Source: an uncultured Candidatus Rokubacteria bacterium
GTDB taxonomy: Bacteria > Methylomirabilota > Methylomirabilia > Rokubacteriales > DASRDR01
Direction: 5' to 3'
Length of the DNA stretch: 64,000 bases
Assembly: GCA_963805625.1 (NCBI GenBank)
Contig: CAWDVE010000010.1
Span: forward strand, 160,001-224,000
Below are positions 59,557 to 64,000 of the stretch, one piece after another (position 1 is the first letter of the stretch; each line of letters begins with the position of its first letter). The translations under genes were made by a program, and so were the position numbers. A model generated the notes under the pieces. The model had not been told where the DNA came from and searched no databases. It was given only the letters and a program-made list of their open reading frames with translations.

Positions 59557-59859
59557 ATGACGGCGGACGAGATGCGACGCGATCGGTCCTGGCTGTGGTC
59601 CCGCTCCGGGCTGGTGCTCGTGGCATTCCTGCTCATCGCGGGGTTCTTCGTCCTGACCGAGCACACGGCGCACGTCCTCGGGGTGCTGCCCTACCTGCTC
59701 CTCCTGGCCTGTCCGCTGCTGCACCTCTTCCACCGCGGGCACGGCGGAGGGCACGGGAGCCACCGCGGGCCGGGGCCGCACGACGGACACGCGGATCAGG
59801 GCGCGGGTGACGGCGAGAGGGCGGTCAGCCGCTCACCCCGCGACGGAGCAGACCGATGA
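59557..59859 (+). CDS. DUF2933 family membrane protein
   Basis: EHTAH, LLLLACPLLHLFH.GHGGGH. Confidence 0.85.
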   Translation: MTADEMRRDRSWLWSRSGLVLVAFLLIAGFFVLTEHTAHVLGVLPYLLLLACPLLHLFHRGHGGGHGSHRGPGPHDGHADQGAGDGERAVSRSPRDGADR

Positions 59860-60509
59860 CGGGCGCAGGCCCGGCGTATGGGCTCTGGGATCTGGTCATT
59901 CTGAACGTCGTCGTGTTCGTGGCCTTTGCGTTCAGCTTCGCGCGTCCGACCACCGCACGCGACTGGCGGTCATTCGGGGCGTTCACGGCCTTTCTGATCG
60001 CCCTCTTCACGGAGATGTACGGCTTTCCGCTCACGCTCTATCTCCTGTCGGGTTGGCTCCAGCGGCGGTACCCCGGCCTCGACGTCCTCTCTCATGACAC
60101 GGGCCACCTCTGGGAGACGCTGTTCGGCTGGCGGGGTGATCCGCATCTGAACCCACTGCACCTCCTCAGCAACGCGCTAATCGCCGGGGGGTTCATTCTG
60201 CTGGCGGCGGCCTGGCGCGTGCTCTATGCGGCCCAGCGGCGGCATCAGCTGGCGACCACGGGCGCCTACGCCTACCTGCGGCATCCCCAGTACGCGGGGT
60301 TCATCCTCATCATGCTCGGCTTCCTGCTCCAGTGGCCAACCGTCCTGACCCTGGCCATGTTCCCGATCCTCGTGGCGATGTACGTGCGCCTGGCCCATCG
60401 CGAAGAGCGCGAGGCCCGGGCCGAGTTCGGCGAGGCCTACGCGCGCTACGCCGCCACCACGCCGGCGTTCATCCCCCGGCTCCGTCGAGAGACCCCGAGG
60501 CCAGCCTGA
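59856..60509 (+). CDS. Isoprenylcysteine carboxyl methyltransferase/PEMT family membrane protein
   Basis: FTEMYGFPLT, TTGAYAYLRHPQY, REE, PAFIP. Confidence 0.88.
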   Translation: MTGAGPAYGLWDLVILNVVVFVAFAFSFARPTTARDWRSFGAFTAFLIALFTEMYGFPLTLYLLSGWLQRRYPGLDVLSHDTGHLWETLFGWRGDPHLNPLHLLSNALIAGGFILLAAAWRVLYAAQRRHQLATTGAYAYLRHPQYAGFILIMLGFLLQWPTVLTLAMFPILVAMYVRLAHREEREARAEFGEAYARYAATTPAFIPRLRRETPRPA

Positions 60510-60627
60510 CCCCGATCCCTCTGTTCGCGCGGAGGCGGGGGCCAAACGAAGCTGGCCACGATCAGATCGACGGCTCTGATTGGCCTCTACGCGAGCTCGA
60601 GCGACTCCGGATCCGCGATCTTCGTGG

Positions 60628-61422
60628 CTATTGTCCCGCTTGTTGGAGTCCTTCCTTGGCATCCGGATAGTCGGGCCGCAACTGGAGGGCGTGCTGGAAG
60701 CTTTCGCGGGCCCGGGCCCGATCGCCGAGGCGGAGCAAGCTCCACCCCATGCCATTGTAGAGCCCGTACCACTCGCGGTGGACGGCGATGGCGCTGGCGA
60801 ATTCCGCACGCGCTTTTTCGTACTCTCCAAGGTAGAAGAGCGACCAAGCGTAGCGGTTCCGGACTTCCTCCAGGTCTGGCGCGGGATTCCGAAACATGGT
60901 CGCCCGTCCCTCCTGGATCAATTGCTCTAGCCGTGGCCGTGCTTCTCGATACCGCCCCAGCTCGAATAGCGAGAAGGCGGATCCGACCGCCGCGTCTCGG
61001 TAGGTGGGAACGAGGTCCAGTGCCTGCTGGAACGCCTGCAAGGCGATGTGGTATCGGCCTTCGCGATAGCGGGTCCATCCCAGCCCGTCAAACAGGCCCT
61101 CCCATCGGGGCTGCCGGGTGATGACCTGGCGGAAATGCAGCGCGGCTTCCGGATACTTCGCGAGGTAATAGTTGCTCCACGCCAGGTACGTCTCGGCCTC
61201 GTCGAAGGTCGGGAGCAATGTCACCGCGCGTTGGAAGCTTGGACGCGCGCCGGCGTAGTCTCGGGCGTTGTACCGGTGCAATCCTTCATCGAACGCGACT
61301 TGGGCCTGATACTGCTGCTGGAACTGCGCGGATAGAGACGCGCAACCGGCAAGCAGCAGGCCCACCGCGAGGCTGGCGGGCGTGAGCAGACGCCTCCGCC
61401 AGCCTCCGGCTGTCGCCGTCAT
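60628..61422 (-). CDS. TPR-repeat lipoprotein
   Basis: Lipobox LAGC, tandem TPRs with GLGW/GMGW. Confidence 0.85.
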   Translation of the reverse strand: MTATAGGWRRRLLTPASLAVGLLLAGCASLSAQFQQQYQAQVAFDEGLHRYNARDYAGARPSFQRAVTLLPTFDEAETYLAWSNYYLAKYPEAALHFRQVITRQPRWEGLFDGLGWTRYREGRYHIALQAFQQALDLVPTYRDAAVGSAFSLFELGRYREARPRLEQLIQEGRATMFRNPAPDLEEVRNRYAWSLFYLGEYEKARAEFASAIAVHREWYGLYNGMGWSLLRLGDRARARESFQHALQLRPDYPDAKEGLQQAGQ

Positions 61423-61439
61423 CTCGTACCGCGTGCCCT

Positions 61440-62543
61440 TCACTGGTGGCTCTCGCGGTCACGGGCGCCGGTGATGTCGTGATCCTCGGCGGCCATTTCG
61501 GTTTGCCGGGCACCGCGCTCTCGCGTTGTGTCCTGCATGCCCGGATTCATGCTCTGACTGTTACCACGCATTCCGGAGGCAGACATTTCCGTTTTCCCCG
61601 TCATCTGGGGGGAGCCCGGTCGTCCCGGAGCCGTCATGTCGCCGCTGGGACCCATGGGGGCCTGGCCTTGTCGTCCCGGAGCCGTCATGTCGCCGCTGGG
61701 ACCCATGGGGGCCTGGCCTTGTCGTCCCGGAGCCGTCATGTCGCCGTTGGGACCCATGGGGGCCTGGCCTTGTCGTCCCGGAGCCGTCATGTCGCCGTTG
61801 GGACCCATGGGGGCCTGGCCTTGTCGTCCCGGAGCCGTCATGTCGCCGTTGGGACCCATGGGGGCCTGGCCTTGTCGTCCCGGAGTTGCCATGTCGCCGC
61901 GGCCCATGTGGCCATGGCCTTGGCCGGCATCGCGCCCCATTGAGGGGCCCTGACCGTTCATGCTCGGGCCCATGCCCGCCCGATCATGATCCTCGGCGCC
62001 CATGCCGAAGCCAGACATACCGCCCGCTGGGCCCATGCCACCGCCGGAGCCGCCGGGGCCACCGCCCGAGCCGCCCATGCCACCACCGCCGCCCATGCCA
62101 CTGCCTGAGCCGCCGGGGCCACCGCCGGAGCCGCCCATGCCACCGCCGGAGCCGCCGGTGCCGCCGCCGGAGCCACCCATGCCACCGCCGGAGCCGCCGG
62201 GGCCACCGCCCGAGCCACCCATGCCACCGCCGGAGCCGCCGGTGCCGCCGCCCGAGCCACCCATGCCACCGCCGGAGCCGCCGGGGCCACCGCCCGAGCC
62301 ACCCATGCCACCGCCTGAGCCGCCGGTGCCGCCGCCCGAGCCACCCATGCCACCGCCGGAGCCGCCGGGGCCACCGCCCGAGCCACCCATGCCACCGCCC
62401 GAGCCACCCATGCCACCGCCGCCCATCCCACCGGCGATAGCGATGCCAACGTCGTAGAGGACAAGCGACACGGGAATCCCGACAAAAACGAAGACCACTA
62501 GGGCGGCCGCGATTTTGCCGAGTGGAGACTTGACTGATTTCAT
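61440..62543 (-). CDS. Membrane-anchored or exported Gly/Met-rich tandem-repeat protein
   Basis: N-terminal hydrophobic segment, GGSGGG[M/P/T] and APGRQGQAPMGP[N/S]GDMT repeats; SD GAGGG. Confidence 0.8.
   Translation of the reverse strand: MKSVKSPLGKIAAALVVFVFVGIPVSLVLYDVGIAIAGGMGGGGMGGSGGGMGGSGGGPGGSGGGMGGSGGGTGGSGGGMGGSGGGPGGSGGGMGGSGGGTGGSGGGMGGSGGGPGGSGGGMGGSGGGTGGSGGGMGGSGGGPGGSGSGMGGGGGMGGSGGGPGGSGGGMGPAGGMSGFGMGAEDHDRAGMGPSMNGQGPSMGRDAGQGHGHMGRGDMATPGRQGQAPMGPNGDMTAPGRQGQAPMGPNGDMTAPGRQGQAPMGPNGDMTAPGRQGQAPMGPSGDMTAPGRQGQAPMGPSGDMTAPGRPGSPQMTGKTEMSASGMRGNSQSMNPGMQDTTRERGARQTEMAAEDHDITGARDRESHQ
61621..61900. repeat. 51-bp tandem repeat, 5 copies plus partial (coding, 17 aa)
   Basis: Units start at 61621, 61672, 61723, 61774, 61825, 61876. 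Confidence 0.95.
62033..62430. repeat. 21-bp imperfect tandem repeat (coding, 7 aa)
   Basis: Recurrent ccaccgccggagccgcc / cccatgccaccgcc units. Confidence 0.9.
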
Positions 62544-62658
62544 CTTGAGTCCCTCATTTCTGGATGTGCGAGGATCATCGAATTGGCGAGCGACGCTTCT
62601 CGGCCAGATGGCACGCTTGCCGGCCGCTCGCATGTTGTCCTCACATATTCGACTTCAA

Positions 62659-62673
62659 GCAATCCGTCTGCCA
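62659..62673 (-). promoter_or_regulatory. sigma-54 promoter (leftward)
   Basis: TGGCAG-ACGGA-TTGC, GG-N10-GC. Confidence 0.8.
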
Positions 62674-62851
62674 CGCGTAGACACAACTGTCTCAGCGGCT
62701 CCGAGTCCTTCTTGGATTGGCGCCCTGGGGCAGATGTTCCCCACGTGTCCCATGCTTGCCTCATGCGCGGCTCGCGCGCGGAGGCTAAGAACCAGGTCAA
62801 CCGCCTCGGCCGCCGAAAGCCGAGCGGCTTCGCGGATCGTCCTGGATTCGC

Positions 62852-63075
62852 GTCGCCAAAGTTGTCGAGTGCCTCGACGAGTTCGTCGGAACCATTCCTG
62901 GTATTTCCCTGACACTCGCGGCATGCTGCCCCGCGCGCGATGCAAGAGCCCGAGACCCGCGAACGGGTGCCTCGATCGGATCGACGCGGGACGTCGCGCC
63001 TCGGCGCGAACGCATCTTCCGTGTTCCCCGATTCGCTCGACAGGTACGTCGAGGCGCCTCGACGATTCCGACGAG
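62852..63075. promoter_or_regulatory. Two tandem pairs of palindromic enhancer-like sites CTCGAC-N6-GTCGAG
   Basis: Sites at 62852-62869, 62873-62890, 63036-63053 (perfect arms), 63058-63075. Confidence 0.65.
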
Positions 63076-63147
63076 CTTCTTGCGGGAGGCTACCCGCGCG
63101 CGTCCGCGGGTGCCAAGAAAACCGCGCAGTTCCACCACCGCGTCCGT

Positions 63148-63162
63148 TGGCACCGCTCGTGC
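63148..63162 (+). promoter_or_regulatory. sigma-54 promoter (rightward)
   Basis: TGGCAC-CGCTC-GTGC, GG-N10-GC. Confidence 0.75.
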
Positions 63163-63212
63163 TCTCTGAGTCAGTCGGTCGACGGAATCGACCAGAGGAG
63201 GAGGACTGAGCC

Positions 63213-63620
63213 ATGAAGCGGTTTCTGAGCATCGCGATCGCAGCAGTCATGTTCGTGTCTCTGGGGGGCGTGGCCTTCGCCTGGATGGGCGGAGGGCCGA
63301 TGGGGGCCGGTCCGATGGGCCGCATGATGGGCGCCGGCCCGATGGGCGGCTACATGATGGGCGGCTGCCCGGGCATGACCGGCGCCGGTGTGACGGCAGG
63401 GTCCATCACCGAGGAGCAGGCGAAGACGCTGGCGCAGACCTACGCCGACACGTACCTCCAGGGCTTCACCGTGGAGAAGGTTCTGCCCTTCACGGGGCGG
63501 CACGGCATGGCGTATTCGGTGGAGCTCAAGGGTCCCAAGGACGAGACGCGGGTGCTTCATGTGAACCCGTTCGGCGGCGTGATGCCGTTTGGCGGGCCCG
63601 GGCGGCGAACCGCCGGGTAG
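63213..63620 (+). CDS. Exported Gly/Met-rich protein with PepSY-like C-terminal domain
   Basis: Signal peptide AFA, GPMG/GxMMG repeats, ITEEQAK..A, LHVNP; SD GAGGAGGAGG. Confidence 0.82.
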   Translation: MKRFLSIAIAAVMFVSLGGVAFAWMGGGPMGAGPMGRMMGAGPMGGYMMGGCPGMTGAGVTAGSITEEQAKTLAQTYADTYLQGFTVEKVLPFTGRHGMAYSVELKGPKDETRVLHVNPFGGVMPFGGPGRRTAG

Positions 63621-63720
63621 CGCGTTCCCTGTCGTGATGGCCGGCCCCCGGAGCGGTCCTCCGGGGGTCGGAGCGGTTCCCGAGGATGCCGGACGTACAA
63701 TCTCGCCAAAGGAGTCCGGC

Positions 63721-64000
63721 ATGACACTGCCACGTCCGGCTCGGTACTTCCTCGCCTCCGTGGTGCTCCTGGCCGCCCTCGTGAGCGTCGTGGCGGTGTC
63801 CGCGGCACGCCGCACGCAGCGGGAGCTCGCGCGCCAGCTCGAGGAGACCGGGCTCGCCCTGGCCAACGCCCTTGAGGCGTCGAGTCAGAACGTGATCCGG
63901 GCCAACGCGCTCATGGAGGAGATGATCAGCCAGCGCCTCCTCGACAACGCCCGCCTCCTGGACCAGCTCCTCCGCTTCCGGCCGCCGGATCCGGACTGGC
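63721..64000 (+). CDS. Probable sensor histidine kinase, N-terminal part (truncated by window)
   Basis: SD AAGGAG, N-terminal TM then helical extracytoplasmic region; kinase identity inferred from sigma-54 context only. Confidence 0.5.
   Translation, partial: MTLPRPARYFLASVVLLAALVSVVAVSAARRTQRELARQLEETGLALANALEASSQNVIRANALMEEMISQRLLDNARLLDQLLRFRPPDPDW

Noticed and set aside
61621-61900. Regular 51-bp repeats resembling a CRISPR array
   Set aside because: Units are contiguous with no unique spacers, length is a multiple of 3 inside an ORF, and no cas genes are present
62002-62457. Pro-rich 151-aa ORF on plus strand
   Set aside because: Antisense mirror of the Gly-rich repeat gene, which has the SD, hydrophobic leader and sigma-54 promoter

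Overview
High-GC bacterial chromosomal window. TolC and lipoproteins indicate a diderm; gene content and style resemble Rokubacteria/Methylomirabilota, but this is not provable here. Bases 1-44 kb are housekeeping and metabolic: hyi, a selenocysteine-containing selD (in-frame UGA plus SECIS, truncated in the ORF track), a thrC-like/sulfur-carrier/MoeB/aminotransferase operon, rlmN-mtaB-mtnP-pfkB-larE-larB, a ThDP enzyme with larC, a coxG-S-L-M molybdenum hydroxylase cluster with mocA/coxD/coxE/xdhC, a decayed phoX, sufU-sufS, an ABC importer with a ureohydrolase, glyQS and speB. Bases 44-64 kb are a copper/heavy-metal cluster: cytochromes c, YHS, Met-rich proteins, a membrane class III cyclase, an atypical RND-MFP-TolC pump, CopA, cupredoxin, DUF2933, Gly/Met-repeat proteins under divergent sigma-54 promoters and the start of a probable sensor kinase. 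The best novelty candidate is a set of small leader ORFs heading the metal operons. Two are homologous, with a hydrophobic N-terminus, C-x12/14-C and a C-terminal LExPxxPPR exactly 43 residues after the second Cys, suggesting an undescribed family of metal-sensing ribosome-arrest peptides. Many genes also look leaderless. No rRNA, tRNA, CRISPR, integrase or transposase was recognised. All calls come from motif reading by eye; no searches were run.
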